NCBI GenBank assembly: GCA_964016885.1
Contig: OZ024741.1
Location: forward strand, 8,432,001 to 8,496,000
Origin: Eledone cirrhosa
Taxonomy: Eukaryota
Direction of reading: 5' to 3'
Length of the DNA: 64,000 bases
Part shown: piece after piece, positions 52,102-64,000 of the stretch
Position numbering within the stretch: the first letter of the stretch is position 1
Layout: each line of letters starts with the position of its first letter
Made by a program: the position numbers and the translations under genes
Notes under the pieces: generated by a model
Databases searched by the model: none
Seen by the model: only the letters and a program-made list of their open reading frames with translations
What the model was told of the DNA's origin: nothing

Positions 52102-52106
<5 letters not shown>
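51914..52106. mobile_element. Short foldback element in (TA)n, ~56-bp arms around loop GTAGTCC
   Basis: Palindrome at 51988-52106; homologous to 47549-47712. Confidence 0.75.
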
Positions 52107-52137
<31 letters not shown>

Positions 52138-52364
52138 AAACAGTATGACCCTGACGGCATAGAGAGGAAGAATTGAGCCCCTTACTGACTAGTAATATAT
52201 TTGTCGAAGGTAAAGTTGCTGTCAACGGATATTGACCTGAGGACACAGAGAGTCGTGTATAACGACGTCTGGCATATTTACGGCTCTGCTAAGTCATCGC
52301 CTTCATTCCTCATCAAATGAACGTCTAAGTGGCTTTACACATATATTCATTTTCGTATTTCTCA

Positions 52365-52530
52365 GGAAGATTCAGTGTGACAAAATATGTGACAAGACTG
52401 GACATTTGAATTACAGGTACAATCTATCCGACGGGCATCCAGGCAGTTTCCGTCTACTCAATGCCACTTGCAGTGGGTTCGAACTCAGGAGCCAGTCATT
52501 GCGAAGCAAACCTCCTAATAATTCGGCCAT
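52365..52530 (-). mobile_element. SINE family B, degenerate
   Basis: GATTCAGTGTGACA..GTGACAAGACTGG tail; reverse-complement B box GAGTTCGAACCC. Confidence 0.6.
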
Positions 52531-52654
52531 GGACCCCCCCCCCCTCACATATTGTCTTTACAACTGGGTGTGTCCATGGACGGTATCTAGTTCAGGGTTG
52601 ACGGCTTTCAGTCACGTAGCTGCCTTCTCTTATCATTTCATAATGTTATATTAT

Positions 52655-52831
52655 ATGTATACACACTCACACACACACACAGACTCACACAGACTCACAC
52701 ACACACACTCACACACAGATACACAGACGGACTCACAGACACAGACACATACACACATACACACACACACACATACACACACACATAGACACATACACAC
52801 ACACATAGACACATACACACACACAGACACA

Positions 52832-52921
<90 letters not shown>

Positions 52922-52932
52922 CACACACACAT
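52655..52932. repeat. (CA)n microsatellite
   Basis: Direct reading. Confidence 0.95.
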
Positions 52933-53177
52933 TCGTTTGGGAGTGGAGTGAATAAATTACTTAAAAAATAAAAATACAGCTGCAGCAACAACAACAACAA
53001 CAACAACAGTTAGTATTGACTAACAACAACAATAATAAAATAAGCTTCGGTTTTGATATTTGTTTTGAATGAAATCTATTACCTCCAGACTACAGGAACA
53101 TTTCATGACAGGCATCCGCATAGTTACTGTCCGTCCAATGTTATCTGGATCCATCACTGTCTTTAGTAAAACATTAT

Positions 53178-53349
53178 TTGGCAGTATCGGTAGAGGGTCT
53201 GACGCCATGCTTTGCAGCAAAGAGTTACGGCCCTTTATGATCTGAGTTCAAATCCCACCGATATTAACTTTGCCTTTCATCCTTACGGGGTCGATAAAAT
53301 AAAGTACCAGATAATTGCTGGCCTTGTGCCAAAAGTAGAAACAATTATT
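53178..53349 (+). mobile_element. tRNA-derived SINE, family A
   Basis: Shared body and tail. Confidence 0.8.
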
Positions 53350-53445
53350 TACTCCATGTGACGAGCAGTGATCGAACATGGAACCACATGATAACGTAAT
53401 ACATGTTGTACTACATGTCTCTTTCTATTCTTACATAATTAAAAT

Positions 53446-53853
53446 AATAGTTGTTTCTACTTTTGGCACAAGGCCAGCAATTATCCAGTGTATTACTGGT
53501 ACTTTATTTTATGACCCCGTAAGGATGAAAGGCAAAGTTGACCTCGGCGGGATTTGAACTCAGAATGGAAAGGGCCGTAACTCTATGCCAATCCACCATC
53601 CTAGCAAGGTATCCGACCCTCTACCGATACTGCCAATCCACAATAAAGGTTTCTGATTTAGACACAAGGCCAACAGTGTTAGGGGAAAGTCAATTAAATC
53701 GAGCCCGGTGCATTACTGGTACTATATTTCATCGACCCCGTAAGGATGAAAGGCAAAGCTAACCTCGGCTAGATTTAAACTCAGAACGTAAAGGGCCGCA
53801 ACTCTATACCACGAAGCATGTTGTCCGACGCTCTACAGATTCTGCCAATCCAC
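53446..53853 (-). mobile_element. Two tandem minus-strand SINE A copies (53446-53642, 53657-53853)
   Basis: Reverse complements of SINE A, each with head GATTGGCAG. Confidence 0.8.
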
Positions 53854-54008
53854 CGTCAATACTAACGAATTTTATCTCCAGATCTAAATCGTATTAAAAA
53901 CCTTAAATAATTCAGTGAATGAAGAATTTTCTTGTTTCTGAATCACATATTAGTTTTGACGGTGTGTGATGTTCAATGCTTTCGGCTAAACCTTTCATTT
54001 ATATTGTA

Positions 54009-54714
54009 CTAGCTGAGGCACCCGGCTTCGCCCGGGAGAACAGTTAAGAGAAGACGGATAAAAGAGAAAACGACTGCATTGGATGTGTTGTCTGGTTTAC
54101 AGTATGAGGTGAGACCGTAATGTGTGTGAGAGAGACATAAACAAAACAATCATAAAACTTCCTTATTAGGCTGGGGGAGTAAACTGCCGATTAAATGATA
54201 GCATTGGCCTTGGATTTTAAATGTTGTGAAATAACCACAGTCAGTGTGATATTTTTCAGCTCCAAAGGACATCATCTGAAACACAGCAATATACCACATA
54301 ACATTGCTTCTGAAGTGTTTAGCTTCATTAGTACGGTCTGTAAGTAGTATATGGATAAAAGTTGGAGGGTAGATTAATTTCAGATAGTATCAGTTTTTCT
54401 TGGTGCTGTAAAATTAAAGACTGTAAAACTACTTTATAAAAGCTAACACAATATTGTTTAACCTTCCTATAGATCAAAGTTTAGGCCGTTTCTAGACTTT
54501 CGTGGGACGTTACTCTCTCTGAATATCTAACACTTTAATTGTATCTCTCTCTGTATAACGGCCTATCTCTCTCTTTCTCGCTCTCCCCTTGTGTCTCTCT
54601 TTCTGCCACCCCCTCTGTGTCGCTCCCTCTTTAGATGTGTGTGTATGTATTTGTGTGTGTGTATGTATTTGTGTGTGTGTATGTGTGTGTGCGTATGTGT
54701 GTGTATGTGTGTGC

Positions 54715-54776
<62 letters not shown>

Positions 54777-54840
54777 TTTTAGTGTGATTCAATCAACCAA
54801 CCAATAAACATCTTTCATTTATATGATATATATATATAGA
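54009..54840 (-). mobile_element. Probable non-autonomous Helitron
   Basis: Plus strand A|CTAGCTGAGGCACCCGGCTTCGCCCGGG (3' CTAG plus hairpin on the minus strand); candidate 5' end TATATATAGA|T at 54840. Confidence 0.65.
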
Positions 54841-54849
54841 TATATAATA

Positions 54850-55310
54850 CACACGCACGTACACAGTCATACCGCCACACACGCTGACACACACACACAT
54901 ACACACACATACATACACATACACACACATGCGCATGCACACACACACGCGTGCACACACACACGCGCGCACACACAATAACGCACATGCATGCACACGC
55001 ACACACACGTGCATATACACACGAGGACACACACATGCACACACACACACACGCATACAAACGCATGCATGCACACACACATACACATACACATGCATGC
55101 ATACACACACGCACACAAACGTGCAAACACACACACACACGCACACACACGTATACATACACATAGACACACACATACACACACACGCGCGCGCACACTC
55201 ACACACACATACACGTGCACACACACATATACATACACGCACACACACACATACATACACGTGCACACACACACGCACGCACACACGCACACACACACAC
55301 ACACACACAT
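54850..55310. repeat. (CA/CG/TA)n purine-pyrimidine repeat
   Basis: Direct reading. Confidence 0.9.
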
Positions 55311-56269
55311 TTATTCATGTGTATTTGATTTCTAAGTAAACTCCTGCATGAAACATTAATACAAACATGCATAAATACGAATGATAATAAAGAATAACGA
55401 GGCAAATCTATATCGTGCTATGACGCACATCCGGTCAGCCTCGTTTCTGTTTCAATTTTTTTCCTCTTTTACTTGTTATTTCACATCATGTCAGCCGTTA
55501 GATTTAGATTCTTGTTTATTTTTGCACAAGTCGCTCTTGTCAGCACCCACATTGCCTAGTCAATTACTTTATATTAATCCTTGTTTGATTATTATTAATT
55601 GGGTATTGAGACTAGAATAGTGGGAAGAACACAGAAGAACGATAAAACGATGGGCCAACTAGAACAACCATGCTGGTCGCTAGACATGTCTTTATAGGGA
55701 TTGTTAACTCTATAACGTCACAGTTTCCGGTCGTGTGGCTCTATCGTTAGTTTCCGTCAACATCGTATATATAACTCGGTCAGACTCTCAAGTGTTCGTC
55801 CTATAAACTATACGACTTATTCATTTGTTTCTTTCTTTAGTTTAGTTTCGTGTTAATTTCAATGTCGTGTGGGATTTTCTCTTGTCTTCTTTGATTTAAA
55901 TTTACAAGAAATTGAGGCAAGTAGATTCCTTTTGTGTTTACTCCCGAACAAGATTGCTTGGCAGACAAATGAAGTGATACGAATAGAAAATATATAAATA
56001 GATGAATTGAATAAAAGGGAGAGGGAATAAATGAAGAGCGATAGAGAGGTAGAGAGATAAAGGAGGAAGTGTGGTAATGGTAAGAGGGGGTAGTAATAAG
56101 GTGATAGGGGAGATAAATAGAGATCTATAACTATGGATGGGAGTTGATAATTAAATAGAAGTATTGGAAGACAGAATGAGAAATATCTGTTTAACTGATA
56201 GATTAGGACGAACGTAATAGAAGCTAAGATATATTTCTTTCTAGACTTCGTATCCTTAACGTCTCAAGG

Positions 56270-56446
56270 AGATTCAACGAGACAATGTGTGACAAGACTG
56301 ACCCTTTCATTTACAGATACAGCTCAGTTGAGTGGACTGGAAGGACGCGAAGTAAAGTATCTTGCTGAAGGATAATACTCGCAGCTTGGAGTCGAACGTA
56401 GGACGTTACGATCTTGAGCCAAACACCCTAACCACTTAACCACGCG
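56270..56446 (-). mobile_element. SINE family B
   Basis: Reverse complement GCGTGGTTAAGTGGTTAGGGTG...GTTCGACTCC head; GAGTGGACTGGA...TCTTGCTGAAGG body. Confidence 0.65.
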
Positions 56447-56577
56447 TCTTCACCAGAAAAGAGAAGAGACGGGTAGTCAATGACAACGGAAGACACTAAC
56501 ATCTATACAACCAGTGTTTTCTGTTTTGTGAGCTTCAAGGAAACTCCATTAACTTATATATGGCTTTTACAGTCCAT

Positions 56578-59500
56578 GCCATGTACAACATAGTCAAGGT
56601 TTTAGTCACCTCCATGTACACCATAGTGGAGGTTTTAGTCACCTCCATGTACAACATAGTGGAGGTTTTAGTCACATCCATGTACAACATAGTCGAGGTT
56701 TAAGTCACCTCCATGTACAACATAGTGGAGGTTTTAGTCACCTCCATCTACAACATAGTCGAGGTTTTAGTCACCTCCATGTACAACATAGTCGAGGTTT
56801 TAGTCACCTCCATGTACAACATAGTCGAGGTTTTAGTCAACTCCATGTACAACATAGTGGAGGTTTTAGTCAACTCCATGTACACCATAGTGGAGGTTTT
56901 AGTCAACTCCATGTACACCATAGTGGAGGTTTTAGTCAACTCCATGTACAACCTAGTCGAGGTTTTAGTCAACTCCATGTACAACATAGTCGAGGTTTTA
57001 GTCACCTCCATGTACAACATAGTCGAGGTTTTAGTCACTTCCATGTACACCATAGTGGAGGTTTTAGTCAAATCCATGTACACCATAGTGGAGGTTTTAG
57101 ACAACTCCATGTACAACATAGTGGAGGATTTAGTCACATCCATGTACAACATAATCGAGGTTTTAGTCACCTCTATGTACAACATAGTCGAGGTTTTATT
57201 CAACTTCATGTACAACATAGTGGAGGTTTTAGTCACCTCCATGTACAACATAGTCGAGCTTTTAGTCACCTCCATGTACAACATAGTGGAGGTTTTTGTC
57301 ATTTCTATGTACAACATAGTTGAGGTTTTAGTCACCACCATGTACACCATAGTGGAGGTTTTAGTCACCTCCATGTACAACATAGTCGAGGTTTTAGTCA
57401 CCTCCATGTACAACATAGTCGAGGTTTTAGTCACCTCCATGTACAACATAGTTGAGGTTTTAGTCACCTCCATGTACAACATAGTCGAGATTTTAGTCAC
57501 CTCCATGTACAACATAGTGGAGGTTTTAGTCACCTCCATGTACAACATAGTCGAGGTTTTAGTCACCTCCATGTACAACATAGTGGAGGTTTTAGTCACC
57601 TCCATGTACAACATAGTCGAGGTGTTAGTCACCTCCATGTACAACATAGTCGAGGTTTTAGTCACCTCCATGTACAACATATTCGAGGTTTTAGTCACCT
57701 CCATGTACAACTTGTCGAAGATTTAGTCACCTACATTTACAACATAGTCGAGGTTTTAGTCACCTCCATGTACAACATAGTGGAGGTTTTAGTCACCTCC
57801 ATGTACACCATAGTGGAGGTTTTAGTCACCTCCATGTACAACATAGTCGAGGTTTTAGTCACCTCCAAGTACACCATAGTCGAGGTTTTAGTCACCTGCA
57901 TGTACAACATAGTCGAGGTTTTAGTCACCTCTATGTACAACATAGTCGACGTTTTAGTCACCTCCATGTACAACGTAGTCGAGGTTTTAGTCACCTCCAT
58001 GTACAACATAGTCGAGGTTTCAGTCACCTCCGTGTACAATATAGTTGAGGATTTAGTCACCTCCGTGTACACCATAGTGGAGTTTTTAGTCACCTCCATA
58101 TACAACATAGTCGAGGTTTTAGTCACCTCCATGTACACCATAGTTTGGGTTTTAGTCACCTCCATGTACAACATAGTCGATGTTTTAGTCACCTCCATGT
58201 ACAACATAGTCGCAGTTTTAGTCACATCCATGTACACCATAGTGGAGGTTTTAGACACCTACAAGAACAACATAGTCGAGGTTTTAGTCACCTCCATGTA
58301 CAACATAGTCGAGGTTTGAGTCACCTCCATGTACAACATAGTGGAGGTTTTAGTCACCTCCATGTACAACATAGTCGAGGTTTTAGTCACCTCCATGTAC
58401 AACATAGTCGAGGTTTTAGTCACCTCCATGTACACCATAGTGGAGGTTTTAGTCACCTCCATGTACAACATAGTCGAAGTTTTAGTCACCTCCATGTACA
58501 AGATAGTCGAGATTTTAGTCACCTCCATGTACAACATCGTCGAGGTTTTAGTCACCTCCATGTACAACATAGTCAAGGTTTTAGTCACCTCCATGTACAA
58601 CATAGTCGAGGTTTTAGTCACCTCCATGTACAACATAGTCGAGGTTTTAGTCACCTCCATGTACAACATAGTCGAGCTTTTAGTCACCTCCATGTACAAC
58701 ATAGTGGAGGTTTTTGTCATTTCTATGTACAACATAGTTGAGGTTTTAGTCACCACCATGTACACCATAGTGGAGGTTTTAGTCACCTCCATGTACAACA
58801 TAGTCGAGGTTTTAGTCACCTCCATGTACAACATAGTCGAGGTTTTAGTCAACACCATGTACAACATAGTTGAGGTTTTAGTGACCTCCATGTACAACAT
58901 AGTCGAGATTTTAGTCACCTCCATGTACAACATAGTGGAGGTTTTAGTCACCTCGATGTACAACATAGTCGAGGTTTTAGTCACCTCCACGTACAACATA
59001 GTGGAGGTTTTAGTCACCTCCATGTACAACATAGTCGAGGTTTTAGTCACCTCCATGTACAACATAGTCGATGTTTTAATCACCTCCATGTACACCATAG
59101 TCGAGGTTTTAGTCACCTCCATGTACAACATAGTCGAGGTTTTAGTCACCTCTATGTACAACATAGTCGACGTTTTAGTCACCTCCATGTACAACGTAGT
59201 CGAGGTTTTAGTCACCTCCATGTACAACATAGTCGAGGTTTTAATCACCTCCATGTACAACATAGTGGAGGTTTTAGTCACCTCCATATACACCATAGTG
59301 GAGGTTTTAGTCACCTCCATGTACAACGTAGAGGAGGTTTTAATCAACTCGTTGTACACCATAGTCGAGGTTTTAGTCACCTCCATGTACAACATAGTCG
59401 AGGTTTTAGTCACCTCCATGTACAACATAGTCGAGGTTTTAGTCACCTCCATGTACAACATATTCGAGGTTTTAGTCACCTCCATGTACAACTTGTCGAA

Positions 59501-62500
59501 GATTTAGTCACCTCCATGTACAACATAGTCGAGGTTTTAGTCACCTCCATGTACAACATAGTGGAGGTTTTAGTCACCTCCATGTACACCATAGTGGAGG
59601 TTTTAGTCACCTCCATGTACAACATAGTCGAGGTTTTAGTCACCTCCAAGTACACCATAGTCGAGGTTTTAGTCACCTCCATGTACAACATAGTCGAGGT
59701 TTTAGTCACCTCTATGTACAACATAGTCGACGTTTTAGTCACCTCCATGTACAACGTAGTCGAGGTTTTAGTCACATCCATGTACAACATAGTCGAGGTT
59801 TCAGTCACCTCCGTGTACAATATAGTTGAGGATTTAGTCACCTCCGTGTACACCATAGTGGAGTTTTTAGTCACCTCCATATACAACATAGTCGAGGTTT
59901 TAGTCACCTCCATGTACACCATAGTTTGGGTTTTAGTCACCTCCATGTACAACATAGTCGCAGTTTTAGTCACATCCATGTACACCATAGTGGAGGTTTT
60001 AGACACCTACAAGAACAACATAGTCGAGGTTTTAGTCACCTCCATGTACAACATAGTCGAGGTTTGAGTCACCTCCATGTACAACATAGTGGAGGTTTTA
60101 GTCACCTCCATGTACAACATAGTCGAGGTTTTAGTCACCTCCATGTACAACATAGTCGAGGTTTTAGTCACCTCCATGTACACCATAGTGGAGGTTTTAG
60201 TCACCTCCATGTACAACATAGTCGAAGTTTTAGTCACCTCCATGTACAAGATAGTCGAGATTTTAGTCACCTCCATGTACAACATCGTCGAGGTTTTAGT
60301 CACCTCCATGTACAACATAGTCAAGGTTTTAGTCACCTCCATGTACAACATAGTCGAGGTTTTAGTCACCTCCATGTACAACATAGTCGAGGTTTTAGTC
60401 ACCTCCATGTACAACATAGTCGAGCTTTTAGTCACCTCCATGTACAACATAGTGGAGGTTTTTGTCATTTCTATGTACAACATAGTTGAGGTTTTAGTCA
60501 CCACCATGTACACCATAGTCGAGGTTTTAGTCACCTCCATGTACAACATAGTCGAGGTTTTAGTCACCTCCATGTACAACATAGTCGAGGTTTTAGTCAA
60601 CACCATGTACAACATAGTTGAGGTTTTAGTGACCTCCATGTACAACATAGTCGAGATTTTAGTCACCTCCATGTACAACATAGTGGAGGTTTTAGTCACC
60701 TCCATGTACAACATAGTCGAGGTTTTAGTCACCTCCACGTACAACATAGTGGAGGTTTTAGTCACCTCCATGTACAACATAGTCGAGGTTTTAGTCACCT
60801 CCATGTACAACATAGTCGATGTTTTAATCACCTCCATGTACACCATAGTCGAGGTTTTAGTCACCTCCATGTACAACATAGTCGAGGTTTTAGTCACCTC
60901 TATGTACAACATAGTCGACGTTTTAGTCACCTCCATGTACAACGTAGTCGAGGTGTTAGTCACCTCCATGTACAACATAGTCGAGGTTTTAATCACCTCC
61001 ATGTACAACATAGTGGAGGTTTTAGTCACCTCCATATACACCATAGTGGAGGTTTTAGTCACCTCCATGTACAACGTAGAGGAGGTTTTAATCACCTCAT
61101 TGTACACCATAGTCGAGGTTTTAGTCACCTCCATGTACAACATAGTCGAGGTTTTAGACACCTCAAGGTACAACATAGTGGAGGTTTTAGTCACCTCCAT
61201 GTACAACATAGTCGAGGATTTAGTCACCTCCATGTACAACATAGTCGACGTTTTACTCACCTCCATGTACAACATAGTCGATATTTTAGTCACTTCCATG
61301 TACAACATAGGTTCTAGTCACCTCCATGTACACCATAGTGGAGGTTTTAGTCACCTCCATGTACAACATAGTCGAGGTTTTAGTCACCTCCATGTACACC
61401 ATAGTTTGGGTTTTAGTCACCTCCATGTACAACATAGTCGAGGTTTTAGTCACCTCCATGTACAACATAGTCGCAGTTTTAGTCACATCCATATACAACA
61501 TAGTCGAGGTTTTAGTCACCTCTATATATAAAAAATAGTCGAGGTTTTAGTCACCTCTATGTACAAGATAGTCGAGATTTTAGTCACCTCCATGTACAAC
61601 ATCGTCGAGGTTTTAGTCACCTCCATGTACAACATAGTCGAGGTTTTAGTCACCTCCATGTACACCATAGTGGAGGTTTTAGTCACCTCCATGTACAACA
61701 TAGTCGAAGTTTTAGTCACCTCCATGTACAAGATAGTCGAGGTTTTAGTCACCTCCATTAACAACATAGTCAAGGTTTTAGTCACCTCCATGTACAACAT
61801 AGTCGAGGTTTTAGTCACCTCCATGTACACCATAGTGGAGGTTTTAGTCGCCTCCATGTACAACATAGTCGAGGTTTTAGTCAACTCCATGTACAACATA
61901 GTGCAGGTTTTAGTCAGCTCCATGTACAAAATAGTCGAGGTTTTAGTCACCTCCATGTACACCATAGTGGAGGTTTTAGTCACCTCCATGTACAACATAG
62001 TCGAGGTTTTAGTCACCTCCATGTACAGCATAGTCGAGGTTTTAGTCACCTCCATGTACACCATAGTGGAGGTTTAGTCACCTCCATGTACAACATAGTC
62101 GAGGTTTTAGTCACCTCCATGTACAACATAGTCGAGGTTTTTGTCACCTCCATGTACAACATAGTCGAGGTTTTAGTCACCTCCATGTACACCATAGTGG
62201 AGGTTTCAGTCACCTCCGTGTACACCATAGTGGCGGTTTTAGTCACCTCCATGTACAACATAGTCGACGTTTTCGTCACCTCCATGTACAACGTAGTCGA
62301 AGTTTTAGTCACCTCCATGTACAACATAGTCGAGGTTTTAATCACCTCCATGTACACCATAGTGGAGGTTTTAGTCACCTCCATGTACACCATAGTCGAG
62401 GTTTTAGTCACCTCCATGTACAACAAAGAGGAGGTTTTAGTCACTTTCATGTACAACATAGTCGAGGTTTTAGTCACCTCCATGTACAACATAGTCGAGG

Positions 62501-64000
62501 TTTTAGTCACCTCCGTGTACAACATAGTGGAGGTTTTAGTCACCTCCGTGTAAACCATAGTGGAGCTTTTAGTGACCTCCATGTACAACATAGTGGAGGT
62601 TTTAGTCACCTCCATGTACAACATAGTCGAGGTTTTAGTCACCTCCATGTACAACATAGTCGAGGTTTTAGTCACCTCCATGTACAACATAGTGGAGGTT
62701 TTATTCACCTCCATGTACACCATAGGCGAGGTTTTAGTCACCTGCATGTACAACAAAGAGGAGGTTCTAGACACTTCCATGTACAACATAGTGGAGGTTT
62801 TAGTCACCTCCGTGTAAACCATAGTGGAGCTTTTAGTCACCTCCATGTACAACATAGTCGAGGTTTTAGTCACCTCCATGTACAACATAGTCGAGGTTTT
62901 AGTCACCTCCATGTACACCATAGTGGAGGTTTTAGTCGCCTCCATGTACAACATAGTCGAGGTTTTAGTCAACTCCATGTACAACATAGTGCAGGTTTTA
63001 GTCAGCTCCATATACAAAATAGTCGAGGTTTTAGTCACCTCCATGTACACCATAGTGGAGGTTTTAGTCACCTCCATGTACAACATAGTCGAGGTTTTAG
63101 TCACCTCCATGTACAACATAGTCGAGGTTTTAGTCACCTCCATGTACACCATAGTGGAGGTTTAGTCACCTCCATGTACAACATAGTCGAGGTTTTAGTC
63201 ACCTCCATGTACAACATAGTCGAGGTTTTTGTCACCTCCATGTACAACATAGTCGAGGTTTTAGTCACCTACATGAACAACATAGTCGAGGTTTTAGTCA
63301 CCCCCATGTACAATATAGTGGAGGTTTTAGTCACCCCCATGTACGACATAGTCGAGGTTTTTGTCACCTCCATGTACAACATAGTCGAGGTTTTAGTCAC
63401 CTCCATGTACAACATAGTCGAGGTTTTAGTCACCTCCATGTACACCATAGTGGAGGTTTCAGTCACCTCCGTGTACACCATAGTGGCGGTTTTAGTCACC
63501 TCCATGTACAACATAGTCGACGTTTTCGTCACCTCCATGTACAACGTAGTCGAAGTTTTAGTCACCTCCATGTACAACATAGTCGAGGTTTTAATCACCT
63601 CCATGTACACCATAGTGGAGGTTTTAGTCACCTCCATGTACACCATAGTCGAGGTTTTAGTCACCTCCATGTACAACAAAGAGGAGGTTTTAGTCACTTT
63701 CATGTACAACATAGTCGAGGTTTTAGTCACCTCCATGTACAACATAGTCGAGGTTTTAGTCACCTCCGTGTACAACATAGTGGAGGTTTTAGTCACTTCC
63801 GTGTAAACCATAGTGGAGATTTTAGTGACCTCCATGTACAACATAGTGGAGGTTTTAGTCACCTCCATGTACAACATAGTCGAGGTTTTAGTCACCTCCA
63901 TGTACAACATAGTCGAGGTTTTAGTCACCTCCATGTACAACATAGTGGAGGTTTTACTCACCTCCATGTACACCATAGGCGAGGTTTTAGTCACCTGCAT
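56578..64000. repeat. 33-bp satellite ATGTACAACATAGTCGAGGTTTTAGTCACCTCC, more than 220 copies, running off the window end
   Basis: Direct reading; ORFs repeat an 11-aa unit. Confidence 0.97.

Noticed and set aside
56713-64000. Repeat protein (MYNIVEVLVTS)n
   Set aside because: Interrupted by indels and stops, open on both strands, with no unique termini

Overview
Repeat-saturated eukaryotic DNA. The AT-rich unique sequence, huge microsatellite blocks and tRNA-derived SINEs resemble a cephalopod (Octopus-like) genome; this is inference, not a database match. No host protein-coding gene could be supported, and almost all long ORFs in the track are translations of simple or tandem repeats. The real coding content is transposon-derived. 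There are three 5'-truncated Penelope-like elements (PLEs; RT plus GIY-YIG endonuclease), apparently from three different clades, each with an inverted copy of its own 3' end. There are also fragments of Tx1/L1-, RTE- and CRE-type LINEs, three non-autonomous Helitrons, and SINEs. The most striking signal is between 26.8 and 52.1 kb: about 13 type I hammerhead-ribozyme (HHR) motifs from about 7 sequence families. Many sit in short non-coding cassettes embedded in (TA)n and folded back into palindromes. Also notable are a 4.3 kb satellite made of DNA hairpins with invertible spacers, a multi-kb GGTGT/ACACC foldback, and a 33-bp satellite with higher-order structure. Coordinates of diffuse repeats are approximate.
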